This document shows positions 47,666 to 57,875 of a stretch of DNA of 64,000 bases, in pieces. The translations under genes were made by a program, and so were the position numbers. The notes beneath the pieces were generated by a model. It was not told where the DNA came from, ran no database searches, and saw only the letters and a program-made list of their open reading frames with translations. Origin of the DNA: Candidatus Omnitrophota bacterium. GTDB lineage: Bacteria; Omnitrophota; Omnitrophia; Omnitrophales; Aquincolibacteriaceae. Where the stretch lies: assembly GCA_022705945.1 (NCBI GenBank), contig JAKJDL010000001.1:227582-291581 (forward strand), in the 5' to 3' direction. The stretch's first letter is position 1, and every line of letters begins with the position of its first letter.

Positions 47666-48453
47666 GTTTTTTTGAGGATCTCCTGCTCATTTTTAAAATA
47701 ATAAGCGCATCCTGCCCCAAGAAAGATTAATGAGACAAGAAAAAGAAGTATCCACTCCCCCGCGCCGGGGCAAACGGCTTCGTAAAGAATGCTTCGGAAA
47801 GCGCTCACATAATAGGTCACCGGATTAAGCAAACAGATCCACCGGTAAGGGAAATCCAGCATTGTCTCGGAGTAAAAAATCGGGGTCATCCAAAACCAGA
47901 ACATCAGTCCTGTTGAAAGAAAATAGGAGGTGTCCTTGAAAAACGTGTTCACCGCCGCAAAAATCAACCCAAGGCCTAATGTAAATACAAGCATAAATAA
48001 AATCAGGAAGGCAAGAGCCGGAAGAAGCAAAAAAACAGCGGGCTGGATGACGATGTAAAACGGAATAAGGATAAAAAATCCCGGCAAAAAAATTAAAAAA
48101 TTCGAAAGTACCGCCGCCAGGGGAATAAATTCTCTCGGGAATACCCCCTGCCGCAGCATGTGACGGTTCGATGAAAATGCGTTGGTAGATTCACTGACCG
48201 ATTGGCTTATGAAAAACCACGGGATCAGCCCGCTGAGGATAAAGAATGTGTAATGAGGCATATCTACCTTAAACGCCAGCACAAAAACCGCGTTGATGCA
48301 AAAAGCCATCGCAAGCGGAATCACAAAAACCCACCAAACGCCCAGCTTGAGCCCCGCGAATCTTGCTTTCGTTTGAGACCGAGTCAGTGCCCAAAGCGCC
48401 TGCCGGTTTTTAAAAAAATTCCCGGCTTTTTGATTCAAACCGTCAAAGTTCAT
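47662..48453 (-). CDS. wzm: ABC-2 type polysaccharide exporter permease (Wzm/KpsM).
   Basis: 6-TM ABC-2 profile. There is a 4-nt overlap with wzt. Confidence 0.85.
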   Translation of the reverse strand: MNFDGLNQKAGNFFKNRQALWALTRSQTKARFAGLKLGVWWVFVIPLAMAFCINAVFVLAFKVDMPHYTFFILSGLIPWFFISQSVSESTNAFSSNRHMLRQGVFPREFIPLAAVLSNFLIFLPGFFILIPFYIVIQPAVFLLLPALAFLILFMLVFTLGLGLIFAAVNTFFKDTSYFLSTGLMFWFWMTPIFYSETMLDFPYRWICLLNPVTYYVSAFRSILYEAVCPGAGEWILLFLVSLIFLGAGCAYYFKNEQEILKKT

Positions 48454-48597
48454 GCGTTCTCCAGACCGGCCACGTGAGAGTGTTTCTTACCTGTGCATTA
48501 AAGAGCGTAGAATTATACAGTTATATTGCCAAGTTGGGCAGACAAAACCCCGTCAAACTGAAACCCATCTGCCGAATGCTCCCAAAGCAAAAGGGCT

Positions 48598-49545
48598 TTA
48601 GTTTTTTTGAACATGCCGGATGAAACCGTTTCTTTGCGGCTTTTGGCAAGTGTCATTTTTCTTAAAAAAAATGACGGCAGTCTTCGGCCTAAAAAAAAGG
48701 ATATATGTCCAGGTGACAATCTCGTAAAAAAGCACGGGGATCAAACAGAGGAGCATCTCTGAAAGCGATTCATTTTTAATAATCGAAAGATACCGGTTCT
48801 TGATCAATTCCTTGTGCGCCGTATCATCAATATAGTGTCGGGCCATTTTTTTCCCCCGCCCTTTCGGATTTCGAATAGTTCCGCCCCGCACATGGTAGGC
48901 CAAAGCCAGAGGGGTATAGTAGGCCTTCCAACCTGCCCGTTGCGCACGCCACGCGAGGTCGAGATCTTCATAAAACATCCGGAATCGGGGATCGAAATAA
49001 TTCCGCCCTTCCTTGACGGCCTCCAGCATTTCTCTTCGATAAAAGGCCGCCGCTCCGCTCACACCGAAAACAAAACCGGACTGATTGAACTGTCCCTTGT
49101 CAATTTTTCCATATCCCCTTTCACGGGCGGTTCTCCATAATGTTAAAAAAAGACCCGTCGAATCAAGGGTTTTCCGGTCCGGCCGCATGATCTTTCCGCT
49201 CACCATTCCTATTTTTTCATTCTGCGCAAAACCCTCCAAAGCCTCTTTGATGAAATCCTTGTCCAGAATCGTGTCGTCGTTCAAGCACAGTATGAAATCC
49301 CCCGAACTTGCGGCTATCCCGAGATTAAGAGTGCTTCCAAAGTAAAAGTCCGCGGGCACATTGTGACAAACAACGGAGGGATAAACCTCCCGGGCCTTAG
49401 AAGCCGTTGCTTTATCCGGTGAGCTATCAAGTAGAATCACTTCACCGGGAGGCCTTGTCTGGGAGCGAAGGGATTTGAGACAATCGACATAATAATCTTC
49501 TCGGCCGCACGTGGGAATAAGAACACTGATAAGCCGGCTCGTCAT
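48598..49545 (-). CDS. Membrane-anchored family 2 glycosyltransferase (GtrB/CsbB-like polyprenyl-phosphate sugar synthase type).
   Basis: ISVLIPTCG...LLDSSPD...CLNDDT GT-A motifs plus C-terminal TM segment(s) LLCLIPVLFYEIVTWTYILFF. Its start ATG overlaps the stop of the upstream YfhO-like gene in ATGA. Confidence 0.75.
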   Translation of the reverse strand: MTSRLISVLIPTCGREDYYVDCLKSLRSQTRPPGEVILLDSSPDKATASKAREVYPSVVCHNVPADFYFGSTLNLGIAASSGDFILCLNDDTILDKDFIKEALEGFAQNEKIGMVSGKIMRPDRKTLDSTGLFLTLWRTARERGYGKIDKGQFNQSGFVFGVSGAAAFYRREMLEAVKEGRNYFDPRFRMFYEDLDLAWRAQRAGWKAYYTPLALAYHVRGGTIRNPKGRGKKMARHYIDDTAHKELIKNRYLSIIKNESLSEMLLCLIPVLFYEIVTWTYILFFRPKTAVIFFKKNDTCQKPQRNGFIRHVQKN

Positions 49546-51377
49546 AAGAGGGCCATAGCCGCGGTAGAGTTTTTTTTCCGGACAACGAAAAACCTGGCTC
49601 CCACCGCAAGCAGTGTCAGAACCGTGATGATACTGCCGAGCAAAAATCCCTTTAACCGGTACTTGAAGACAATTCGCCGAGAGCCTTTTTCGACGGCCGC
49701 ACTCAACAACCCTCTCGTATTCAGAACCTGAAAACCCTCGGCCTGCCAATTGCTGTGGAAGTTCTGGTTAAGGACAAGAATATCGGGCTCCAGGACCTCC
49801 GCATCAACAATAATCTTATTAGGGCTAAAAAAAACAGGACGGGCTTTATTGCCGTGATTCTTGAAAAAAACCTCCCCCTTGTAGGCCGGATTGGGGAATA
49901 GGGTATCGTTTGAATCCACAAAGTATCGCGGCAGCGCATATTCGCCGACCGCAATGTTCGCTTTCCAATCGATCGTTCCGATACCCCGCAAGAGATTAAA
50001 ATAGTAATTGCTGTTGAATGTCCTGGCATCGTAGCGCGGCAAATCCAATCCGCGAACATGGTAGAACTGCTTTTCCTTCAAGAGCGCCGGCCCGGAATGA
50101 GTAAACACTTCGGCGTTGGTGGGGATGTTAAAAAAGAAAAGCTGAAAGAGAGATATCAAACCGATCACGGCGACTCCGCAGCGAAGAAATCCGGCCTTTG
50201 TTTTTTTAAAAACCAAGTCAACAAATCCGCCGGCCAGGATCGCCAGAAAGAAAACGATAAAAAAATCATAGTATTTCAAGGGTTTGTGCATCGAGTGGAA
50301 CAGCGGTAAATGCCAAAGCATTTTAAAAAGATCGATGGGGGCGTTGTTTCCCATGGCAAGAAAAACCGCGATTGTTAATAAAAAAACAAACCCGAAGGAT
50401 TTCCTGACGTTCCCTCCCACAAAACCAAGGGCCATCACTATGGGGATAATTCCGACAAAAACTCTCGAATCTCCCATCGGCGCCGAAGGCCATGGCCGTT
50501 TATACAATAAAGAATCGAGAAGCGTCCTGAAGGTGTAGGCCATTTCAGACGCAACACCATAGTCATCGATCCCCCGGCTATCGTAGAGAAGCAGGTGTAT
50601 CATCGGAATAATTTTTACCATGGAAATAAGAATCGCCAGAAGAACACCGGCCGCAAGAGCCTTGGCGCCTTTCAACATGAATTCAGAGGGTTTTTCCTGC
50701 TCTCGAAACGGATCAAAGACCACCGTCAGGAATAAAAAAAGGAGCAAGGCAAGAAAAGCGACATTTCCGTCAAAAATCACGAGGCTCAAAAGGATTGAAA
50801 AAAGGTATAGAGGCTTTTCGCCTCCGTTTTTTTTGAAGCGGGTTATCAGGAAAAGAAGCGCCGGGAAAAGAAAATAGTGCATTTCGATAAAATTCCCGTC
50901 TTTGGCGGTCCATGGCATCCAGCTTGAAAATGCCAATATTAAGGCCGCGTAAGCCGCGGCGGCAGGATGATACCGGAGATTTTCTCGCGCAAGAAAAAAA
51001 ACACCCAATGTCCCCAAAAGATAAAAAAATAGTATGACGATCTTCGGCCCGATGATTTCATCGAATATAAGCGTCGGGAGAATGACGGGGCTGACCAGCG
51101 GAAATTCCGGATAGCCCGCAATAGGATACCCCCCGCAAACATACGGCGACCAAAGGGGTATTTGCCGAAAACACTGGAAGCTGTCTTTGATAAAGTGATG
51201 GTGCAAGTAAACCGTCAGCCAATCGTCATCCATGCTGAGTTGCCGGATATTGACGAATAAAGGAGATAAAAAAATAAAGCTCGCTACTAAAACGATCATC
51301 AACGCGACCTTATGTGTCGAAGGTTCCTTCTTGGGCGTCATGTATTTTTGTGTTCCCGTCACAAAAGCCGTTTCCAT
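49542..51377 (-). CDS. YfhO-like polytopic membrane protein (GT-C-fold glycosyltransferase candidate), paralog 1.
   Basis: Multi-TM protein with IPLWSPYVCGGYPIAGYPEFPL, a motif shared with two paralogs. Large C-terminal soluble domain and final TM. Confidence 0.55.
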   Translation of the reverse strand: METAFVTGTQKYMTPKKEPSTHKVALMIVLVASFIFLSPLFVNIRQLSMDDDWLTVYLHHHFIKDSFQCFRQIPLWSPYVCGGYPIAGYPEFPLVSPVILPTLIFDEIIGPKIVILFFYLLGTLGVFFLARENLRYHPAAAAYAALILAFSSWMPWTAKDGNFIEMHYFLFPALLFLITRFKKNGGEKPLYLFSILLSLVIFDGNVAFLALLLFLFLTVVFDPFREQEKPSEFMLKGAKALAAGVLLAILISMVKIIPMIHLLLYDSRGIDDYGVASEMAYTFRTLLDSLLYKRPWPSAPMGDSRVFVGIIPIVMALGFVGGNVRKSFGFVFLLTIAVFLAMGNNAPIDLFKMLWHLPLFHSMHKPLKYYDFFIVFFLAILAGGFVDLVFKKTKAGFLRCGVAVIGLISLFQLFFFNIPTNAEVFTHSGPALLKEKQFYHVRGLDLPRYDARTFNSNYYFNLLRGIGTIDWKANIAVGEYALPRYFVDSNDTLFPNPAYKGEVFFKNHGNKARPVFFSPNKIIVDAEVLEPDILVLNQNFHSNWQAEGFQVLNTRGLLSAAVEKGSRRIVFKYRLKGFLLGSIITVLTLLAVGARFFVVRKKNSTAAMALL

Positions 51378-52363
51378 TTTTTAAACAACTCATAGGCGGA
51401 ACGAAAGTTCCAGGAACCCAGGAGGTTAAAATCAACGCAGGCGCTTGACCAACACCCGTCACAAGACGGCTGTCTGAGCATTTGAAGGGCTTTTTCGAAA
51501 GAATGCTTCCTAAGATCAATCCCGTCCGAGCGTTTTAAAATTAAAATCGGTGTCCAGCCACAGGCAAGAAGTAACCCGTCGGGCTCGATCCGGCAGCTCA
51601 ACGAACCGGCAAAACAATTTATCCGGTTTTTTTGAGGCCATAGCTTTAAATGCTCCAGAGTGGCCAAAGAGGTGGCAATAACCTCACCGCCTTCACGTTT
51701 ATGGGCAATCAAGTAATCTATAGCCTTTTGATACGCCTTGTCCGGCGTAGCGATGGGGTTAGGACCTTTTCCCCCGAGCAACAAAAGAGACGCGGGCTGA
51801 AATGAAACCTGGATACGGTAACCTTTGGCAATCCGTATTACCTCCGGTATAAAGGCAGCGTTAAGGCTTGATATAACCGTATTAAGCTCGACCGCAATCC
51901 CGGCCTGTCGCGCAGTTTTAATGGCGGTAACCACTTTCTGGAAATTCCCTTTACCGCGGATTGAGTCATGGATTTCTTCCGGACCATCCAAACTGATTTT
52001 TAATAAAAAGATTTTTTTTATTTTTGATATTGCGTCGGGAACCCGTTTTCCGTTTGTGTTGAGAACCACGCGCAAACCAAGGGCTGCCGCCCGGTCAAGG
52101 ATTAACCCGATATCTTCTCTTAATAGAGGCTCCCCGCCGGTAAAAACAACTCCCCAAACCCTTGCGCGATGCAACTGTTCAAGGATCTCAAGCGCCTCAC
52201 GAGTCGAAAGTTCCTCCAGAACCTCATGGTTCAAACGGCAATAAAGGCACTGTTCGTCACACCGATAAGTCAGGGCCCAACTTACAGCGAGAGGACTTTT
52301 AAGCTTAAACACCCTCGCTTTTAAAAGACCGTAACAGATCTTTCCCAAACTACGAATCTTCAT
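51359..52363 (-). CDS. Radical SAM/SPASM-domain protein.
   Basis: LAVSWALTYRCDEQCLYC, FTGGEPLLRED and C-terminal Cys cluster C..C...C...CDGCWSSAC. Paralog of the 60185 gene. Confidence 0.8.
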   Translation of the reverse strand: MKIRSLGKICYGLLKARVFKLKSPLAVSWALTYRCDEQCLYCRLNHEVLEELSTREALEILEQLHRARVWGVVFTGGEPLLREDIGLILDRAAALGLRVVLNTNGKRVPDAISKIKKIFLLKISLDGPEEIHDSIRGKGNFQKVVTAIKTARQAGIAVELNTVISSLNAAFIPEVIRIAKGYRIQVSFQPASLLLLGGKGPNPIATPDKAYQKAIDYLIAHKREGGEVIATSLATLEHLKLWPQKNRINCFAGSLSCRIEPDGLLLACGWTPILILKRSDGIDLRKHSFEKALQMLRQPSCDGCWSSACVDFNLLGSWNFRSAYELFKKWKRLL

Positions 52364-52364
52364 T

Positions 52365-53126
52365 TCAAATTTCTTTCTCCAGAGCCGCAGGAAACCTGAT
52401 GGATTTTTTTTCCGCCAATAACACCAAAATCTCTCCGACATCAAAAGGATAATTTAAAAAAGACAACATATAAAGTATTGCTGAAACCCACTTTTGAAAA
52501 ACACCGTATTTTTTCAGAAATTTTTTTGAAACGTTCGCAAAGCCGAGGATGTTGCCCATTGTCAGATACAGTGTATGCACCGGGAATCCCCAGTACCTTG
52601 AAAACAAAAGTTTCATGTCATTCTCCCTAAGGGGACCCTCGAAATCTTCCTTTCTAAAGTTCCTTAAATGCCCTCGCGCCTCAAGAAACTTATGCATCTT
52701 TCCGCTGGGCACAGTAATAAGAACATAGCGGCGGGACATGGCACAAAGATTATCGAAAGCCTGTCGCCAGTTTTTGGCGGATTCTAAAACATCTCCACAA
52801 ATCACCATGTCAAACCTGGCCCCTCCCGAATAGCTCCCGCTGGAAATATCAAGGGTTTCAAAATGGACACCGGGAAACATTTTTTTATTCCTCTCTATAA
52901 GCAGAGGTGATAGATCACAAGCACTTACAATCTTTCCTTCTTCCAGGAGAGGCTGAATCATGTAGCCATATCCACAGCCCACATCAATACAAGATCGAAA
53001 ATTCATCTTTCGGATGATTGACATCAGAATGCGTCTCCGATGCCGAGCGGAAGGTCCGTACCGCTCCGCATCTTCATGCGAAAAGAACTTGTCTGTGCAA
53101 TGATTTTTCATTCTTCCAACCTTCAT
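52365..53126 (-). CDS. Class I SAM-dependent methyltransferase (Methyltransf_11/12 type).
   Basis: CIDVGCGYGY motif I and DMVICGDVLE. Confidence 0.8.
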   Translation of the reverse strand: MKVGRMKNHCTDKFFSHEDAERYGPSARHRRRILMSIIRKMNFRSCIDVGCGYGYMIQPLLEEGKIVSACDLSPLLIERNKKMFPGVHFETLDISSGSYSGGARFDMVICGDVLESAKNWRQAFDNLCAMSRRYVLITVPSGKMHKFLEARGHLRNFRKEDFEGPLRENDMKLLFSRYWGFPVHTLYLTMGNILGFANVSKKFLKKYGVFQKWVSAILYMLSFLNYPFDVGEILVLLAEKKSIRFPAALEKEI

Positions 53127-53331
53127 TCGTTACGAGTTTCCGGATGTAAGATTTTCGCGATGAAAAAAAATATTTTTATCATCAAGATCTTCGTAAAAAA
53201 GCAGCAACAAGTTATGCCGGTTTGCGTTTACTACGCCCGGGCAAGAGACACCGCTCTCCTCACGAGGCCTTTTGTTTTTCATATTTTCACAACTCATTAT
53301 CACCAAAACAATCCGTATCCCGCCGTTTCAT

Positions 53332-54567
53332 TCAGGACGGGGTGCTCAAGGATTCCATCATCTTATTCGCCGTCGCCGCAATATAGCGGATTTCCTTTTC
53401 GTCGAGATCGCTATAAAAAGGAAGTAACAGGTTACCTGCTTCCGCCATATCCGTTACCGGATAATCGTTCGCCGACACCCCGAGCGCTTTGGGACAATGA
53501 TCCATGATCTCTCCACAAATCCCAACATCCACCCCAGCTTTGATCAAGGCTTGGGCAAGCGGCCCCAACGGACATTTTTTTTTGGATCGGACTACAAAAT
53601 AGCAGTTCGCCGATATATCGCCCGGTGCTACCTCCTGAAATAAAAAATTTCCGCTCAAAAGATCCCGGTAAAGCCTTGCCCTGGCCTCTCGGATCTCCAG
53701 ATCTTTTCCGATGCCTTCCAGTTGTTTCCGTCCGATCATGGATTGCAGGGGCGAAAGGCTTTTGTTCCAGGCTCTTGTTTTATTCTTTGTCTTTCGGTAA
53801 AACTCGATGAAAAACTCCACGTGTTTACGCGAACCCAGAAGGAGTTTTGAAAAAAAAGGAAGAACGGCAATCCTTTCCAGATATGCAGTTGTTGCGGAGG
53901 CAAGCGTTTCAATCTTGCCGGGAATGTATGAAAAAATCTTTGAACGGCAAAAACCGATGATTTTTTTGTCGGGGGAGTAAATCATTCCCCCGCCGAAAGC
54001 GTTGATCTGTTTCCCCATGCTAAAGCTGAAAAAAGCGGCCTTCCCGAAGTTGCCGACCTTTCTCCCCCGGCTCTCGGCTCCAAGCGCGTGAGCGCAATCT
54101 TCAACCACCATGATGCCTTTGGCATCCGCCAGGCGGCAGATTTCTTGAATCCGGCACGGAACGCCAAAAATATGCGTGGCAACAATAACTCTGGTTTTCG
54201 GAGTGATCTTTTGAGCAACCGCTTCGGGGCTCATATTGAAAGTCTTGGGATCTATATCCGCAAAAACCGGTTTGAGCTTCATTTCTTCGATCATTTTTAC
54301 GAGATCGAATAGCGTATAGGCAGGGAAAAGAATTTCATCGCCCTCCCGGAGGTCTTGTGACTCCAGTATGAGCTTTAGCGCCTGCCTCCCGCTGCAAGTG
54401 GCTACCGCCTCTCCCCCGCCCAAATATTCCGAGAAAACCCTCTCAAAAAGGCTGATTTGTGATCCGGCTGGAAATCCGGGGGAAAAAATGGCCTTCAAAA
54501 TATCCAGATCCTCGTTGGGATAAAATTTGATCTTTCTACGGGGGATAACCTTGATTTGTCTCAACAT
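53332..54567 (-). CDS. DegT/DnrJ/EryC1/StrS family PLP-dependent sugar aminotransferase.
   Basis: HIFGVPC...VVEDCAHALGA...FSFSMGKQINAFGGG, with the PLP lysine context. Confidence 0.9.
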   Translation of the reverse strand: MLRQIKVIPRRKIKFYPNEDLDILKAIFSPGFPAGSQISLFERVFSEYLGGGEAVATCSGRQALKLILESQDLREGDEILFPAYTLFDLVKMIEEMKLKPVFADIDPKTFNMSPEAVAQKITPKTRVIVATHIFGVPCRIQEICRLADAKGIMVVEDCAHALGAESRGRKVGNFGKAAFFSFSMGKQINAFGGGMIYSPDKKIIGFCRSKIFSYIPGKIETLASATTAYLERIAVLPFFSKLLLGSRKHVEFFIEFYRKTKNKTRAWNKSLSPLQSMIGRKQLEGIGKDLEIREARARLYRDLLSGNFLFQEVAPGDISANCYFVVRSKKKCPLGPLAQALIKAGVDVGICGEIMDHCPKALGVSANDYPVTDMAEAGNLLLPFYSDLDEKEIRYIAATANKMMESLSTPS

Positions 54568-56467
54568 GGCTCGTCCTTGCGCTTGAACTCCGGATCAACG
54601 GAATATTCTTTATGTTCAATAAAATCAAAAGGGAAATCAGGCTGATCCCGGCTCCGGCGTAAAATGTCGCGGGTTGGTATTTTAAAACAATATGATGTTC
54701 ACCCTCTGTAACACCCGCGACACACAACAACCCCTGTCGGGGAATCAATCTCCCCGCATTGGCACGCCACCACGGAGAGAAATTCTGATTAATCAAAACA
54801 TCCCCCCGTTTTTTTAAATGAACTTTGATTTCAATTTTTCGGGGAGTCATGGAAACGACTTTTAGGATTCCGGCGGTCTGCTCTCCCAAAAAGGCTTCCC
54901 CCCGATAAAGAGGGTTGGCCTCGGGAAGTTGATAGACGACATCAAGATCATGCGTCCGATCCCGCCATGCCTTCCGGGAGATTCGATAAAACAACTTAGG
55001 AACGGTGTTTTCTCCAAACGTAACCGGTATCACCGCATTGATCGTCCCGATCCCACGCTTTACATTATAATATTGTTCGAGTGAATAAAAATTTGTTCTC
55101 TGGTCCGGTTGCTTCCCTGCCTCTTGCCCGAGAAAAACCGTTTGAAAAAAATCCGATTCCGTCATAAGGTGAGGGGGAGGAATATCGAAAATACCTTCCC
55201 ACATCCAACGGGCTCCCGCCAAAGGCGTTATCGAAAAAAACAGCAGCAACCCTGTCACGACACATCTCACCCCGCGCCGTTTGCCGCGAATCACCGAAAA
55301 AAAACTTCCCGCAATGATAGCCCCGAGGAAAAGGATCAGAGGAACAAAGTATTTATCAAGTTTATAGATCTCTCGAAAAGGAAAGAGTGCTTTCCATAAA
55401 AACTTATAAATATCCACGCGCCCATTGCACCCCATGGAAATCAGCAGTATGAAGAGTAAAACAAAAAGATGCCGCCGGTTTTTTCCAAAAAGCAGCATGC
55501 TGCCGAGAAGAAATAATATAAAAGGGATAGGGCCTACAAACATAAGCGAGTGGCCATAATCATGATAAGGCGCCGAGCTTCGCCCGGGAGGGATGGTCGC
55601 ATTCATAAAAAGCTTTTGGAGATCAACCGCTTCGGCAATTTTGCAGAAATCGCTATAGTCCTTTTGTATCCTGTCGTGAGGTTTGCTTAGAGAGGATTGC
55701 AACAGCTCAACCGCAGGGAGAACGCGTGGTGCGGCCAGCAGTAAAGAGAAAAGGGTCACCGCAAAAAACCTCTGAAAATATTTTGTCCGATCCGAAAATT
55801 TCGGCCGGGCCCTAAAAAGTTCCGTGAAACTATAAAGAAACAGGAGCAGAAGGGTGACGAAATAAACGAATCCCGCTTGAAACAGCAGCGCGGCAAGAAC
55901 CACCGCAGAACCAGCCAAAAATCGTCTGTCGTCCCTGGTTTTTATAAAAAAACCCAAAACGATCGGAAGCAGACAAAAATAGAATTTCGTAAAATTACCG
56001 CTTCGGGCCTCCGCCGCCCACCAGGAACAAAGAGCGAAGACAAGAGAGGAAAAAAGGGCACCACCCAAATTGTAATTTAACACATTCCGTGTCAAATAAA
56101 ACATCCCGAAGAAACCGCTCAGCCAGAGAAAAAGGATCGCCAATTTCACTCCGGCAATCTCGCCTGCGACCAGAACTACCGGGAAAAAAAGCGATAGAGA
56201 AAAATCATAAGGGTTCGCTACGAGGGGATACCCGCCGCAAAAAAGATTGCTCCAGAGGGGAAACTGATGAAACCGCAGCATGCTGTCGCGTGCCGCGGCC
56301 GCATAAGCAAAAGCCTGGACCCAGTCGGGATTTTTGCTTAAATGGGTGATATTAAACAAAAAAGGCGCTATAAAAAAAAGCAGCCCCGCGAGAGAAAAAC
56401 ATAATCCCCAAAAATCTTTTGTTCCCCCAAATACCGTTTTGTTTTTATGAAGGGTTTTTTCTGTCAT
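54536..56467 (-). CDS. YfhO-like polytopic membrane protein, paralog 2.
   Basis: FPLWSNLFCGGYPLVANPYDFSL. Multi-TM. Confidence 0.55.
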   Translation of the reverse strand: MTEKTLHKNKTVFGGTKDFWGLCFSLAGLLFFIAPFLFNITHLSKNPDWVQAFAYAAAARDSMLRFHQFPLWSNLFCGGYPLVANPYDFSLSLFFPVVLVAGEIAGVKLAILFLWLSGFFGMFYLTRNVLNYNLGGALFSSLVFALCSWWAAEARSGNFTKFYFCLLPIVLGFFIKTRDDRRFLAGSAVVLAALLFQAGFVYFVTLLLLFLYSFTELFRARPKFSDRTKYFQRFFAVTLFSLLLAAPRVLPAVELLQSSLSKPHDRIQKDYSDFCKIAEAVDLQKLFMNATIPPGRSSAPYHDYGHSLMFVGPIPFILFLLGSMLLFGKNRRHLFVLLFILLISMGCNGRVDIYKFLWKALFPFREIYKLDKYFVPLILFLGAIIAGSFFSVIRGKRRGVRCVVTGLLLFFSITPLAGARWMWEGIFDIPPPHLMTESDFFQTVFLGQEAGKQPDQRTNFYSLEQYYNVKRGIGTINAVIPVTFGENTVPKLFYRISRKAWRDRTHDLDVVYQLPEANPLYRGEAFLGEQTAGILKVVSMTPRKIEIKVHLKKRGDVLINQNFSPWWRANAGRLIPRQGLLCVAGVTEGEHHIVLKYQPATFYAGAGISLISLLILLNIKNIPLIRSSSARTSHVETNQGYPP

Positions 56468-57872
56468 CGATTAGATCGCATCCATGGTGTCGTTTCGGCC
56501 CCAGCACGAACAAAAAAGTCCGCCCGAGATACAGTAAAACAGAAAAGAAAATTCGAACCGCTTGAGGGAGCCTCCTCCCCAGAAAAAGGAGGTTTTGAAA
56601 GAAAATAACAGGGTGCAGATAAAACCTTAAATGCAAAAGCAGGGCCCATCCTCTGGTTTTCTCCCATTTCAAAAGCATCTCTTCTTTTCCGTAAAACTCC
56701 TTAAAAAAAGAAGATCCTTCCAACATCAGGAACTTATAGAAAAAAACATAATGAGAACGCGCTTTAATTGCCAAAGCCAGGTTTTGTTCATCTGTGTCCT
56801 GCTCCTCACCCGGAAGTCCGAGAATAAATTGAAGTTTGACCATGATGTTGGCTTGCTTGGCCTTTCGGACAATCTCGTTCAGCAAAACCGGACTAACCGG
56901 CGTCCTTTGACTCATCCGAAGAGCCCGGGCACTCACCGATTGAACCCCCAGAACAAGTCCCACACAGCCGGCATTCCCCATCAGCTCCAATATCCCGGGA
57001 TCTTCCAGGCTCGTAAAATGCATCATACAAGCCCAGCGGATATCATGCTTACCGGCAATCATTTTTTCACAAAAACTCCGGAGCCACTCCCGGTTTAATC
57101 CAAAAACATCGTCGTGAAAACTGATGAATTTGATCTGGTAAAGCTTCTTGCATTCCTCTATCTCTCGCATAACGTTTGCAACGCTTCGCGATCGGTATCG
57201 GTTGCCCCAAAAATTACAGGAAGCGCAGTAAGCGCAGGAGAATGGACAGCCGCGCGAGGCAACCATGTTGATAAAAGGCCTTGCGCTATCAAACCACTGA
57301 AAATTGAACGATTTTTCCACCTGTTCTTTATCCCGCTTGGGAAACGGCAACGTATCTAGGTCCTGAATCAGGTCTTGAGGAGGAGCATGTTTAATCCCAC
57401 CATGCTCAAAATAAGAGACTCCTTTCAAATCGCCTTTACTCCTTTTCCCCTCAAAATAATCCGCGAGATCAGCGATCGTTCGCTCCCCTTCTCCATGGCA
57501 TACAAAATCACAGCCGCCCGAAAGATATTCATCGGGACAAAAACATCCCGGGCCGCCGACAATAATGGGGAGATCTTTTAATTCTTTCTTAATCTCTTGT
57601 ATAGAGCGAACGACCTTTCCCCCGACTGAATAAGCTGAATAAAAACCCACAAACAACCATGGGGTTTTTTTTAAACGCAAGACCAGTTCCTCCATGGAAA
57701 ATGAAACATAGCTCTGGTCCAGCAATTCAGTCTTGATGCCTTTTTCTTCCAAAACAGCACAAAGGTATTGAAGTCCTAATTTAGGCGTTGTTTTCAGTTC
57801 CTTGGTTGGCCGGATGCCGAAAAAATCATCCGATTCGGGGGCCAGATAAACTAAGAGGGCTCTTTTGTTCAT
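56445..57872 (-). CDS. Cobalamin-binding radical SAM protein (class B) with a hydrophobic C-terminal tail.
   Basis: B12-binding-like N-terminus LLVYLAP...GLQYLCAVL. Radical SAM motif ASRGCPFSCAYC. Confidence 0.85.
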   Translation of the reverse strand: MNKRALLVYLAPESDDFFGIRPTKELKTTPKLGLQYLCAVLEEKGIKTELLDQSYVSFSMEELVLRLKKTPWLFVGFYSAYSVGGKVVRSIQEIKKELKDLPIIVGGPGCFCPDEYLSGGCDFVCHGEGERTIADLADYFEGKRSKGDLKGVSYFEHGGIKHAPPQDLIQDLDTLPFPKRDKEQVEKSFNFQWFDSARPFINMVASRGCPFSCAYCASCNFWGNRYRSRSVANVMREIEECKKLYQIKFISFHDDVFGLNREWLRSFCEKMIAGKHDIRWACMMHFTSLEDPGILELMGNAGCVGLVLGVQSVSARALRMSQRTPVSPVLLNEIVRKAKQANIMVKLQFILGLPGEEQDTDEQNLALAIKARSHYVFFYKFLMLEGSSFFKEFYGKEEMLLKWEKTRGWALLLHLRFYLHPVIFFQNLLFLGRRLPQAVRIFFSVLLYLGRTFLFVLGPKRHHGCDLIDDRKNPS

Positions 57873-57875
57873 TGG